NCBI GenBank assembly: GCA_002439085.1
Contig: DJSW01000007.1
Coordinates: forward strand, 26,371 to 90,370
From: Alphaproteobacteria bacterium UBA6324
GTDB lineage: Bacteria; Pseudomonadota; Alphaproteobacteria; CAAGCB01; CAG-977
DNA: 64,000 bases
Reading direction: 5' to 3'
The notes beneath the pieces were generated by a model that saw only the letters and a program-made list of their open reading frames with translations, searched no databases and had not been told where the DNA came from. Below are positions 50,166-60,181 of the stretch, piece after piece; position 1 is the first letter of the stretch, and each line of letters opens with the position of its first letter. The position numbers and the translations under genes were made by a program.

Positions 50166-52769
50166 ATGGACGTTGTTATCGTCGAATCTCCCGCGAAAGC
50201 GAAAACAATCAACAAATATCTGGGAAACGGCTACGAAGTCATCGCCAGTTTCGGTCACATCCGCGATCTGCCCGCCAAAAACGGATCGGTGCGCCCCGAC
50301 GAGGATTTCGCCATGGATTGGGCGATCGAACCCAAGGACGAAAAACACATCAAAGCCATAGCGACCGCCGTCGCCAAGGCCGACACCGTCTATCTCGCCA
50401 CCGACCCTGACAGAGAGGGGGAGGCTATCGCGTGGCACGTCGTGCAGGAATTGACAAAACGCGGCAAACTGAAAGGCAAAACGTTAAAACGCGTCGTGTT
50501 CAACGAAATCACCAAAGCCGCCGTCACCAACGCCATGAAACACCCGCGCGAAGTCGATATGCCTTTGGTTGACGCGTATCTGGCGCGCCGCGCTTTGGAC
50601 TATCTGGTCGGTTTTACGATTTCGCCCGTTTTGTGGCGCAAGCTGCCGGGCAGCCGTTCGGCCGGACGCGTGCAGTCCGTCGCCCTGCGTCTGATATGCG
50701 ACCGCGAAAACGAAATCGAAGCGTTCAAGGCGCAGGAATATTGGACGATCGACGCCGATCTGGCCACTTTGCGCGCCGACCGGTTCACCGCGCACCTGTC
50801 CGTTTTGGACGGCAAAAAGCTGGGCAAGTTCACTTTGGCCGACGAAGCCGCCGCGAAATCGGCGCAAAAAAAGATCGAATCCGCGAATTTCGATGTCGGC
50901 GAAATCGAACGCAAAACGGTCAAACGTTCCCCCGCGCCCCCGTTCACGACATCCACTTTGCAGCAGGAAGCCGCGCGCAAGCTGTTCTTTTCCGCGAAAA
51001 AAACCATGCAGCTGGCGCAGCAGCTGTACGAAGGCGTTGACATCGGCGGCGAAACCGTCGGTCTGATCACCTATATGCGTACCGACGGCATCCAAATGGC
51101 GCAAGAGGCGATCGCCGAATCGCGGTCGGTCATCGCGGACGATTTCGGGGACAAATACCTGCCCGAAAAACCGCGCTATTACAAAAACAACGTCAAAAAC
51201 GCGCAAGAAGCGCACGAAGCGATCCGCCCCACGTCCCTGCACCGCCGCCCCGAACAAATGGCGCGGTATTTGAACAAGGACATGAAAGCCCTGTACGAAC
51301 TGGTTTACAAACGCGCTCTGGCGTCGCAAATGCAAAGCGCGGAAATCGACAAAATGGCGGTTGACTGCCCGTCCCGCGACGGCAAAATCGTTTTGCGCGC
51401 GACGGGACAGGCCGTGTCTTTCGACGGTTTCCTGCGCGTGTATCACGAGGATTTGGACGACGGGGACGAAGAAAACGGCGCAATCCTGCCCGCCATGAAA
51501 ACCGGCGAAGCGCTGGATCTGGCCGCCGTCCGCCCCGAACAGCATTTCACCCAGCCACCGCCCCGCTATTCCGAAGCCAGTCTGGTTAAAAAGCTGGAGG
51601 AACTGGGCATCGGCCGGCCGTCCACCTACGCGTCGATCCTGTCCGTTTTGCAGGAACGCAACTACGTCCGTTTGGAAAAACGCCGTTTCATTCCCGAAGA
51701 CCGCGGCCGCATCGTGACGGCGTTCATGGAAAACTTTTTCAACAAATACGTCCAGTACGACTTCACCGCCGATCTGGAAAACGCGCTGGACGACGTGTCC
51801 GCCGACAAACTGGATTGGAAAGCGTTGCTGCGCGATTTCTGGGCGCAGTTCGACACGACGGTCAAAAGCGTCGAACCGTTGACGATCACGGACGTTTTGA
51901 ACCGGTTGGAGGAAAGCCTGTCCGAACACCTGTTCCCCGATCCCGCCGACCGCGTCTGCCCCGAATGCGGCGCGACCAAAGGCGGGCGGCTGAGCCTGAA
52001 AATCGGGAAATTCGGCGCGTTCATCGGGTGTTCCAACTATCCGGAATGTCGCTATACCCGCCCGTTCGGCGCGCAGACGACCGAAGAAACGGCCGCCGAA
52101 GAATCCGACGTGCGCGAATTGGGAACGCATGACGGCGAAAATGTCGTTTTGCGCAAAGGCCCCTACGGCTGGTACGTCCAGCAGGGCAAGGACGCGCCCA
52201 AGGCCGCCAAGGGGGAAAAGAAGGAAAAATCGACGGCGAAGCGCACGTCGCTGCCCCGCAACATGAACCCCGCCGACGTGACGTTGGAACAGGCGGTCGC
52301 ATTGCTCGCCCTGCCGCGCACGTTGGGCGTCAATCCCGACAACGGGCAGGAAATCCAAGCGGGAATCGGGCGGTTCGGCCCTTATCTGAAAATCGGTTCG
52401 ACGTTCAAATCACTGACGGCCGCGGACAACGTCCTGACGATCGAATTGCCCCGCGCGTTGGAATTGCTGGCGAACGTCAAGGAAAAGACTCCGCCGCAGG
52501 AAATCGGTTTACACCCCGCCGACGGCAAGCCCGTCGTGGCCAGTTCCGGCCGGTTCGGCCCCTATATCAAGCACGGTTCCGTCATCGCGTCGATCCCCAA
52601 GGCGATCCGCGACGAAAACCGTTTGCCGACGATGGAGGAAGCCGTCGCCCTGTTGGCGGCGAAAGCTGAAAAGAAACCCAAAGCCGCCCCGAAAAAGGCG
52701 GCCGCTGCCAAAAAGACGGCGACAAAGAAAACCGCCGCCAAGAAAACAACCAAGGCGAAAAAAGAATGA
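50166..52769 (+). CDS. topA: DNA topoisomerase I (with Lys/Ala-rich C-terminal tail)
   Basis: Begins MDVVIVESPAKAKTINKYLG.. Toprim and catalytic Tyr region are present. C-terminal zinc ribbon, then a KKxA repeat tail. Confidence 0.95.
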   Translation: MDVVIVESPAKAKTINKYLGNGYEVIASFGHIRDLPAKNGSVRPDEDFAMDWAIEPKDEKHIKAIATAVAKADTVYLATDPDREGEAIAWHVVQELTKRGKLKGKTLKRVVFNEITKAAVTNAMKHPREVDMPLVDAYLARRALDYLVGFTISPVLWRKLPGSRSAGRVQSVALRLICDRENEIEAFKAQEYWTIDADLATLRADRFTAHLSVLDGKKLGKFTLADEAAAKSAQKKIESANFDVGEIERKTVKRSPAPPFTTSTLQQEAARKLFFSAKKTMQLAQQLYEGVDIGGETVGLITYMRTDGIQMAQEAIAESRSVIADDFGDKYLPEKPRYYKNNVKNAQEAHEAIRPTSLHRRPEQMARYLNKDMKALYELVYKRALASQMQSAEIDKMAVDCPSRDGKIVLRATGQAVSFDGFLRVYHEDLDDGDEENGAILPAMKTGEALDLAAVRPEQHFTQPPPRYSEASLVKKLEELGIGRPSTYASILSVLQERNYVRLEKRRFIPEDRGRIVTAFMENFFNKYVQYDFTADLENALDDVSADKLDWKALLRDFWAQFDTTVKSVEPLTITDVLNRLEESLSEHLFPDPADRVCPECGATKGGRLSLKIGKFGAFIGCSNYPECRYTRPFGAQTTEETAAEESDVRELGTHDGENVVLRKGPYGWYVQQGKDAPKAAKGEKKEKSTAKRTSLPRNMNPADVTLEQAVALLALPRTLGVNPDNGQEIQAGIGRFGPYLKIGSTFKSLTAADNVLTIELPRALELLANVKEKTPPQEIGLHPADGKPVVASSGRFGPYIKHGSVIASIPKAIRDENRLPTMEEAVALLAAKAEKKPKAAPKKAAAAKKTATKKTAAKKTTKAKKE

Positions 52770-55018
52770 GCAAATCCAAAGCCCCCCTGCCCGCCATGGA
52801 CGACCTGATCGCGTTTTTGAATGAAAACGCCGGTGCCGGCAAACGCGAAATCGTCCGCGCCTTTCACGTCAAAGGCGACGACAGGGCGAAGCTGAAAGGG
52901 ATGCTCAAAGATTTGAAATCGTCCGGAAAGATCGAAGCGCTGGCCGGCAAAAAGCTGGTTCCGGCCGACGGTCTGCCCGAATACTGCCAATGCGAAATCA
53001 CGGGATCGGATTCCAACGGCGAATTGGTCGCGCGCCCGTTGAATTGGGACAAACCGACGCCGAAACCGCAAATTCTGATCACCGATTTGGGGCGTTTGCG
53101 CCCGCCGCCGGCCGAGGGCGATCTGGTGCTGTTGAAGCTGACGCCGAAAGGAAAGAAATTCTTTCACGGCGCGGTCGTCCGCCGTTTGTCGATCAAACCC
53201 GAACGCATCGTCGGCGTGTTCGACACGACATCCGGCAAAGGCGGGCGCATCCTGTCCGTTGACCGCCGTTTGCACCAAAACTACATCGTCGATTCCGATC
53301 ATGCGGGCAAAGCCAAAAACGGCGATGTCGTCGTCGCCGAAGTGTTGGATTCCACGTTCGGCGCCACAACGCGCCGCGCCCGTATTGTCGAGGTTGTCGG
53401 CCGCGCCGACGCCCCCCGCGCCGCCAGCATGATCGCGTTGCGTCTGCACGCCATACCGACGGATTTTTCGCCCGAAGCGTTGAAACAGGCGGAAAAGGCG
53501 AAGCTGCCCGATATGAAACGCCGCACCGACCTGCGCGACGTTCCCCTTGTCACCATCGACGGCGAAGACGCGCGCGATTTCGACGACGCCGTGTTCGCCG
53601 AACCGGACGACGGCAAAGACAACAAAGACGGTTGGCACATCATCGTCGCCATCGCCGACGTGGCGTATTTCGTGCGCCCCGGAACGCCGCTGGACGATTG
53701 CGCGCGCGAACGCGGCAACTCGGTCTATTTCCCCGACCGGTGCGTACCGATGCTGCCGGAAAAGCTGTCCACCGATCTGTGTTCCCTGCAGCCCGCCAAA
53801 GACCGCCCCTGCATCGCGGCCGATATGCGGATTGACAAGCACGGCAAGCTGATCTCAAAAAAATTCGTGCGCGCGATGATGCGTTCCGCCGCCCGTCTGA
53901 ATTATCACGAGGTTCAAAACGTTTACGACGGCAAAATGCCCGAAATGAACGATGATCTGCGCCGTCATATTATGGATTTGCGCGGCGCGTTTCTGGTTTT
54001 GAACGCGGCGCGGGAAAAGCGCGGCGCGCTGGATCTGGACGTGATTGAACGCGAAATCAAGCTGGACAAGGACGGACAGGTCGCGTCCATCACTCCGCGC
54101 GAACGGCTGGACAGCCACAAAACGGTTGAAGAATTTATGATTCTGGCCAACGTCGCCGCCGCCGAAACGTTGGAGGAAAAGGGCGTTCCCGCCATGTACC
54201 GCGTCCACGAACCGCCCAGCGCGGAAAAAGCCGCCGCCCTGCAAACCTTTTTGGGAACGTTGGGAATCAAAGCGGGCAAACTGGGCAAGCTGCGCAACGA
54301 CGACATCAACACGATTTTGGACAAGGTGCGCGGCACCCCGCGCGCGGGTATGATCAACGAATTGATCCTGCGGTCGCAAAGCCAAGCGCGTTACAGCCCA
54401 GAAAACCTCGGTCATTTTGGATTGGCGTTGGAAAAATACGCGCATTTCACGTCCCCGATTCGCCGATATGCCGATTTGCTGGTTCATCGCGGATTGATTT
54501 CCGCCCTGAGGTTGGGGAACGACGGATTGATTGACGAAGACGGCGACATCACGTGCGACATGGTTGACGTGGGCGATCACATTTCAGCGACGGAACGACG
54601 CGCCGCCGCGGCCGAACGCGATGCGGAAGACCGCTATCTGTCCGCGTACCTGAAAGACCGGATCGGCGAACGGTTCGGCGGCGTCGTCAACGGCGTCAGC
54701 CGGTTCGGCCTGTTCGTCACCGTGGACGACATCGGCGCGGACGGGTTGATCCCGATTTCCACCCTGCCGAACGATTATTACGTCCATGACGAGGAACGCC
54801 ACCGCCTGTACGGTTCGTCCACCGGCGCCGTGTTTGAACTGGGCGAACACGTCATGATGACTTTGGCCGAAGCGTCGCCGGTCACGGGCGGATTGCTGTT
54901 CCACATCATCGGATCGGGGGAAAAGCGGCCGAAACGCCCCCTGCCCCCGAAAACCGCCAAGACGCGCGGGAAAAAGAAAGCACGGCGTCCGGACGCCCGC
55001 AAACGCAAAAGGAAATGA
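52766..55018 (+). CDS. rnr: ribonuclease R
   Basis: RNB domain (..DARDFDDAV..) and C-terminal S1 plus basic tail. Its ATG overlaps the topA stop. Confidence 0.9.
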   Translation: MSKSKAPLPAMDDLIAFLNENAGAGKREIVRAFHVKGDDRAKLKGMLKDLKSSGKIEALAGKKLVPADGLPEYCQCEITGSDSNGELVARPLNWDKPTPKPQILITDLGRLRPPPAEGDLVLLKLTPKGKKFFHGAVVRRLSIKPERIVGVFDTTSGKGGRILSVDRRLHQNYIVDSDHAGKAKNGDVVVAEVLDSTFGATTRRARIVEVVGRADAPRAASMIALRLHAIPTDFSPEALKQAEKAKLPDMKRRTDLRDVPLVTIDGEDARDFDDAVFAEPDDGKDNKDGWHIIVAIADVAYFVRPGTPLDDCARERGNSVYFPDRCVPMLPEKLSTDLCSLQPAKDRPCIAADMRIDKHGKLISKKFVRAMMRSAARLNYHEVQNVYDGKMPEMNDDLRRHIMDLRGAFLVLNAAREKRGALDLDVIEREIKLDKDGQVASITPRERLDSHKTVEEFMILANVAAAETLEEKGVPAMYRVHEPPSAEKAAALQTFLGTLGIKAGKLGKLRNDDINTILDKVRGTPRAGMINELILRSQSQARYSPENLGHFGLALEKYAHFTSPIRRYADLLVHRGLISALRLGNDGLIDEDGDITCDMVDVGDHISATERRAAAAERDAEDRYLSAYLKDRIGERFGGVVNGVSRFGLFVTVDDIGADGLIPISTLPNDYYVHDEERHRLYGSSTGAVFELGEHVMMTLAEASPVTGGLLFHIIGSGEKRPKRPLPPKTAKTRGKKKARRPDARKRKRK

Positions 55019-55019
55019 C

Positions 55020-56543
55020 ATGATCCGCCGTCTGCCCGCTTTGTTATTGTGCCTGACGGCGGCTGTTCCGGCGGTTGCCGGCGAACAGCATCCCGCCCCC
55101 GTGTGGTGGGAAACGGTTTTGGGCGACACCCGTCTGCCCGTTTCGCGGATGTTTGATACGCTGAACGCCGCCTGCGAATTGATCACGGAAAAATCGCTGA
55201 TCCCCGTCAATGCCAGCGATCTGGCGTTTGAAAGTGTCAAAAGCCTGTCGTCGATCGACGGGAAAATCAACGTTGTCAAGGACGGGAAACGCGTTTTGAT
55301 TTTGGCGGACGGCCGCGTTTTAAAAAGCTTCACCGCCCCCGCGGACGACGATTGCGCCGATTGGTCGCGCCTGACTTTGGCGGCGGCGGTCGCGGCGCGC
55401 CCCTATTCCGGCAAAGCGCAAAAAGCAGACGCGGAGGAGTTTTTCAACATTTTCCTGAACGCCGCGCTGGGCAAAATCGATTCCTATTCCCATTACACCG
55501 GCGCGGATCCCGCCGACCCCGTCGCGCTGAAAAATCCGGCGGGCATCGGCATCAATTACCGCCGGATCGGAAAATATCTGGAAATCACGGAAATCCTGCC
55601 GGACACACCGGCGGCGCGTTCCGACCTGACAGTCGGCGACCGGATTTCCGCGATCAACGGCCGCAACATCGCCGACCTGTCCCGCGTCGAGGTTTTAAAC
55701 CAACTGCGCGGCGAAGAGGGAACGGAGGCTTTTCTGACCCTGCGCCGCGACGGAAAGCCGTTGTCGCGCGCGTTGAAACGCGACCGGATCGCCGCGTCGC
55801 CGGTCACATACCTGTTTGATGAAAAAAGCCGGCTGATGACCATCCGGATCGCCGCGTTTTCGCAAAAAACCGTTTCCGGTCTGCGCGTCACGCTGGAAAA
55901 GGCGGAAAAGCTGGGCGCGGCCGGTTTGATCATCGACCTGCGCGGCAACACGGGCGGATTGCTGAAACAGGCCGTTTTGGCCGCCGACCTGTTCCTGCCC
56001 GAGGGGCTGAGCGTCATCAAAACGGACGGGCGCGCGAACGGCACGCGGCAAGAATACACTTCGACCGCCAAAGACAAACGCCCCGTCTATCCGATCGCCC
56101 TGCTGGTCGATTCCAAAACGGCGTCCAGCGCGGAATTTTTCGCCGGCGTTTTGCAGGAATACCGTCACGGCGTCGTCATCGGCACCCCGACGTTCGGCAA
56201 AGGCGTCATCCAATCCGACAACGACACGCCCGACGGCGGGCACATCTACCTGACGTGGGCGCGGTACACCCTGCCGTCCGGCTATTCGCCGCAAGGGTAC
56301 GGCATTTACCCGAATCTGTGCACGTCGGGATTGACGCTGTCGCACGTCGCCGACGCCTTGCCCGTGTCGCAAACCCAGCTGAAACCGTGGCGGCAGGGCG
56401 ACGACGCGTTCAAACGTCGGGCGTTGGCCGCCTGCCCGCCCCAACCGCGCAAGGACAACCCCGTCGAAGACGAAGTCGCAAAACAAATTCTGACCGATCC
56501 GGAACGCTACGAACGGTCTTTGACTTATTTTTCACTTGACTAA
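55020..56543 (+). CDS. S41-family C-terminal processing peptidase (PDZ-containing)
   Basis: Signal peptide. PDZ (..GDRISAINGRNIADL..). Catalytic region ..VDSKTASSAEFFAGVLQ.. and ..GKGVIQS.. Confidence 0.8.
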   Translation: MIRRLPALLLCLTAAVPAVAGEQHPAPVWWETVLGDTRLPVSRMFDTLNAACELITEKSLIPVNASDLAFESVKSLSSIDGKINVVKDGKRVLILADGRVLKSFTAPADDDCADWSRLTLAAAVAARPYSGKAQKADAEEFFNIFLNAALGKIDSYSHYTGADPADPVALKNPAGIGINYRRIGKYLEITEILPDTPAARSDLTVGDRISAINGRNIADLSRVEVLNQLRGEEGTEAFLTLRRDGKPLSRALKRDRIAASPVTYLFDEKSRLMTIRIAAFSQKTVSGLRVTLEKAEKLGAAGLIIDLRGNTGGLLKQAVLAADLFLPEGLSVIKTDGRANGTRQEYTSTAKDKRPVYPIALLVDSKTASSAEFFAGVLQEYRHGVVIGTPTFGKGVIQSDNDTPDGGHIYLTWARYTLPSGYSPQGYGIYPNLCTSGLTLSHVADALPVSQTQLKPWRQGDDAFKRRALAACPPQPRKDNPVEDEVAKQILTDPERYERSLTYFSLD

Positions 56544-56602
56544 ACTGAAAAACAGCGTATTTTTTGGATATCGTTTTTGATTTATTAAGGGAATGGTTTG
56601 TC

Positions 56603-56770
56603 ATGGCAAAACCCGCTACATTGCAAATTAAGCTGGAAAGCACGGCCGGAACGGGATACTTCTATACGACGAAGAAAAATCCGCGCACGAAAACGGAAAA
56701 GCTTCAGTTGAAAAAGTACGATCCGAAAGCGCGCAAACACGTCGTTTTCAAAGAAACGAAAATGCGTTGA
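56603..56770 (+). CDS. rpmG: 50S ribosomal protein L33
   Basis: Full sequence [55 protein letters not shown]. Confidence 0.9.
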   Translation: MAKPATLQIKLESTAGTGYFYTTKKNPRTKTEKLQLKKYDPKARKHVVFKETKMR

Positions 56771-56791
56771 TCGCCGTGTTCAACAGACAGA

Positions 56792-56817
56792 AAGCCCGCG
56801 TATGACGGGCTTTTTTG
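56792..56817 (+). terminator. intrinsic terminator after rpmG
   Basis: GCCCGCGTATGACGGGC followed by TTTTTT. Confidence 0.65.
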
Positions 56818-56831
56818 TTAGGTGTTTTTAA

Positions 56832-57317
56832 ATGAAAGCTTGGATTGCCCTCTTTCTGACTGCGGCAACGGCCGTTCCGGTTCACGCCCTTGAAACCGAG
56901 GGGTTTACGCCGTTGACGCAGGCCGTCATCAACGAAACGGCGGAGGAATACCTGATTTCAACGCTGATCCAGCACGGCGCGGACATCGCCGCCCTTGACG
57001 ACCAAGGGCGCGACGCGTTGATGCTGGCTGCCATGCACAACCCGCATCCGGCCGTCATCGGCGCGTTGATCAACGGCGGCATGGATCCGAACGCGCGCAA
57101 ACGGGACACCGGCGAAACCGCTTTGTTCTTCGCCGTCAAGTTCACCAAAAATCCCGACATCGTCCGCACCCTGCTGAACAACGGCGCCGATCAAAACATC
57201 CGCGACGTGTTCGGCAAAACCGCCTACGACTATTTCGACCGCAATCCCGCCCTGCGCGGTTCCGAAGTCGAAATGCTGTTCAAAGGATACCGGCCGCGGG
57301 CGAACGACGACGGCTAA
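56832..57317 (+). CDS. secreted ankyrin-repeat protein
   Basis: Signal peptide MKAWIALFLTAATAVPVHA. Ankyrin motifs (..GRDALMLAAMHN.., ..GETALFFAVKFTKNPDIVRTLLNNGAD..). Resembles 3039-3641. Confidence 0.75.
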   Translation: MKAWIALFLTAATAVPVHALETEGFTPLTQAVINETAEEYLISTLIQHGADIAALDDQGRDALMLAAMHNPHPAVIGALINGGMDPNARKRDTGETALFFAVKFTKNPDIVRTLLNNGADQNIRDVFGKTAYDYFDRNPALRGSEVEMLFKGYRPRANDDG

Positions 57318-57321
57318 ACCA

Positions 57322-57350
57322 TTAAAAACCCCGTCGGCCGACGGGGTTTT
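57322..57350. terminator. bidirectional intrinsic terminator (ankyrin gene / prfC)
   Basis: AAAAACCCCGTCGGCCGACGGGGTTTT. Confidence 0.7.
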
Positions 57351-57354
57351 CGCA

Positions 57355-58932
57355 TCAGGCGTTCTGACGTGTTTCCAACAGTTTGATTTTGGGGAAATCC
57401 TCTTTGGCTTTGTTCAAATGCCACGCGTTGCGCGCCAGAAAAACCCATTCGCCGTCGTGATCCGTCGCCATGGCGGCGCGGTTGGCGTTGACAAAGCTTT
57501 CCATATCCGCGTTCGTTTCCGCCTTGACCCACCGCGCCGTATAGAGGCTGGTCGGTTCAAAGATGACGGGAATTTCGTATTCCGTGCGGATGCGGTCGGC
57601 CAAAACGTCAAACTGCAACGCGCCGACGACGCCGACGATCCAATCCGTCCCCATGGTCGGCTTGAACACGCTCGCCCCGCCCTCTTCGGCGATTTGCTGC
57701 AAAGCCTTGCCCAAATGTTTGGCTTTCAGCGGATCGGACGAACGGATTTTCTGCAACAATTCGGGCGCGAACGACGGAATGCCCGTGAACGTCAGCTGTT
57801 CGCCCTCGGTCAGCGCGTCGCCGATGCGCAGGTTGCCGTGGTTGGGCAGGCCGATAATGTCCCCCGGAACGGCCTCGTCCGCCAATTCGCGTTCCTGCGC
57901 CAAAAACATGATCGGATTGTGCATCGGCAGGTATTTGCCGCTACGCACGTGCAACAGCTTCATTCCGCGTTGGAAATGCCCCGAACACAGACGCACGAAA
58001 GCGATGCGGTCGCGGTGTTTCGGATCCATGTTCGCTTGGATTTTGAACACGAACCCCGTAACCTTGTCCTCCGTCGGTTCGATTTTGCGCGAAACGGCGG
58101 GTTGCGGCCGCGGCGACGGCGCATAGGCGACCAGTCCGTCGATCAATTCCCGCACGCCGAAATTGTTGACGGCGGAACCGAAAAACACGGGTGTTTGGAT
58201 GCCTTCCAAATACGCCTGCCGGTCGAAAGCGGGGCACACGCCGCGCACCATTTCGACATCTTCGCGCAATTTAGCGACCAGATCGGCGGGCAGCAGCTCG
58301 TCCAGCTTTTTATCGTCCAATCCGTTGCAAACCTCGGCTTCGGCGGTCGCGCCGCGTTCCATCAGCACCAGCCGGTCGTTCAACAGGTCGTAACACCCTT
58401 TGAAATCCCTGCCCGACCCGATCGGCCAAGTGACCGGCGCGACTTCCAACGCCAGCGTGTCTTCGATTTCGGACAGCAGAGCGAACGGGTCTTGGGAATC
58501 GCGATCCATTTTGTTAATGAACGTGATGATCGGCACATCGCGCAAACGGCAGATTTCAAACAGCTTGCGCGTCCGTTCTTCAATGCCTTTGGCGGCGTCA
58601 ATCACCATGACGGCGGAATCGACCGCAGTTAAAACGCGGTAGGTGTCTTCGGAAAAGTCCTCGTGCCCCGGCGTGTCCAGCAGATTGAACGTGCAGCTTT
58701 TGTATTCGTACGTCATCACGGACGACGCGACGGAAATGCCGCGTTCGCGTTCGACTTTCATCCAGTCGGAACGGGCGCGGCGCTGTTCCCCGCGCGCTTT
58801 GACAGCACCGGCCATTTGAATCGCGCCCCCGAACAGCAACAGTTTTTCGGTCAGCGTCGTTTTACCGGCGTCAGGGTGGGAAATGATCGCAAACGTCCTG
58901 CGATGAGCCGTCTGCTCAGCTAAAAAAGTCAT
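57355..58932 (-). CDS. prfC: peptide chain release factor 3
   Basis: GTPase motifs (..RRTFAIISHPDAGKTTLTEKLL.., ..NLLDTPGHEDF..). Confidence 0.95.
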   Translation of the reverse strand: MTFLAEQTAHRRTFAIISHPDAGKTTLTEKLLLFGGAIQMAGAVKARGEQRRARSDWMKVERERGISVASSVMTYEYKSCTFNLLDTPGHEDFSEDTYRVLTAVDSAVMVIDAAKGIEERTRKLFEICRLRDVPIITFINKMDRDSQDPFALLSEIEDTLALEVAPVTWPIGSGRDFKGCYDLLNDRLVLMERGATAEAEVCNGLDDKKLDELLPADLVAKLREDVEMVRGVCPAFDRQAYLEGIQTPVFFGSAVNNFGVRELIDGLVAYAPSPRPQPAVSRKIEPTEDKVTGFVFKIQANMDPKHRDRIAFVRLCSGHFQRGMKLLHVRSGKYLPMHNPIMFLAQERELADEAVPGDIIGLPNHGNLRIGDALTEGEQLTFTGIPSFAPELLQKIRSSDPLKAKHLGKALQQIAEEGGASVFKPTMGTDWIVGVVGALQFDVLADRIRTEYEIPVIFEPTSLYTARWVKAETNADMESFVNANRAAMATDHDGEWVFLARNAWHLNKAKEDFPKIKLLETRQNA

Positions 58933-58947
58933 AAAAGCCTCGGTTGG

Positions 58948-59616
58948 TTAAAAATCGTCGTCGGTGTTTTTCTTTTTAGCGACAATACCCAAAGAAATCA
59001 CCATTTTCAAGCCGTCTTCGACGGAAATGTTCAACGGCACGACTTCGCTTTTGCGATACAGGCTCCAATATCCGGACGTCGGGTTCGGCGTGGTCGGCAC
59101 ATAAACGGAAATCAAATCGTCGTCGTTCAGGGCGGACGCCAGATCGTCAGGCACGTCAGAGGTCACAAACGCCACCGTCCACGCGCCTTTTCGAGGAAAC
59201 TCAACCATAACGACCTGGCGAAACGCGTTCGATTTTTGGGAAAAAACCGTTTCAAACAGCTGTTTGAACGTTGAATAAATGCCGGAAACAAAGGGCATTT
59301 TCTCCCACATCCGTTCCCAAACGCGCACCAATAAACGCCCCAGATATCCCGTCGTGAACGCGCCCAGAACGATCAGGACGAAGATCACCGTCACGACCCC
59401 CAATCCGGGGATGGCGAACGGCAGGTACTGTTCGGGATTGTATTCATCCGGAATCAAATGCCGCACGCGCGTATCTACGAAATTGACGAACAGCACGGCC
59501 AGATATATCGTCAAAGCGGGCGGCGCCGTCACCAGCAGCCCCGTCAGGAAATAATTGCGCAAACGCGCCATCAGCGTTGTTTTTTTGCCGTCTTTGGCGG
59601 CGGACTGGTCGGGCAT
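58948..59616 (-). CDS. DUF502-family membrane protein
   Basis: Contains ..YFLTGLLVTAPPALTIYLAVLFVNFVD.. The start may instead be the internal Met (MARLR..). Confidence 0.7.
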   Translation of the reverse strand: MPDQSAAKDGKKTTLMARLRNYFLTGLLVTAPPALTIYLAVLFVNFVDTRVRHLIPDEYNPEQYLPFAIPGLGVVTVIFVLIVLGAFTTGYLGRLLVRVWERMWEKMPFVSGIYSTFKQLFETVFSQKSNAFRQVVMVEFPRKGAWTVAFVTSDVPDDLASALNDDDLISVYVPTTPNPTSGYWSLYRKSEVVPLNISVEDGLKMVISLGIVAKKKNTDDDF

Positions 59617-59632
59617 CGTCCGTTCCTTTTTA

Positions 59633-59995
59633 TCAAGCTAATTGCAAAATGCCTTTTTCAATGGCTTTCAACATCACGGCGATGTCGCGCCATCCGGCAA
59701 CGGGCTTTCCGTCGTCCTGAAACAGATCGACCCCTTTTCTGAAACAGTATTCGTAAACATCCTCGGGATCGGAATCCAGCACTTCGTCCCACAGGGTTTC
59801 CATGTCGGGATTGTCGTAATCGGGCAAATCCCCGAAAATGCCGTACAAAACGGTTTCACGGTCGTCGGAATACAGCAATGCCGACAGCGGATCGGCGGAC
59901 GCCGACAATTCGGCCTTTTCCCGTTCCCTGTCTTGCGGGGACGGCAGGAACGACGCGGCACGGATAAGGTTTTCTTCCGTATATTGGTTAGACAA
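59633..59995 (-). CDS. hypothetical acidic protein (120 aa)
   Basis: ORF with no recognised family. Confidence 0.45.
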   Translation of the reverse strand: MSNQYTEENLIRAASFLPSPQDREREKAELSASADPLSALLYSDDRETVLYGIFGDLPDYDNPDMETLWDEVLDSDPEDVYEYCFRKGVDLFQDDGKPVAGWRDIAVMLKAIEKGILQLA

Positions 59996-60130
59996 AGCTG
60001 ATTCCTTTCATCAAACGAACTGATACTTTTTATATAGATTGCAAGTTTCCGGCGCGTCTGTCAAGCGTCCGTTAAGAAAAAAAATCGCCGGAAAAAGCCC
60101 GTTTTTTCATTAAAATCATATATTTCCGGC

Positions 60131-60165
60131 AACAAAAAAGCACCGTCGCGAAACGGTGCTTTTTA
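60131..60165 (-). terminator. intrinsic (bidirectional-looking) terminator after the HAD hydrolase gene
   Basis: AAAAAAGCACCGTCGCGAAACGGTGCTTTTT. Confidence 0.65.
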
Positions 60166-60181
60166 TCGGTATCTAACCTGC

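Noticed and set aside
50484-52358. 624-aa minus-strand ORF
   Set aside because: It is antisense to topA. It is a spurious high-GC frame.
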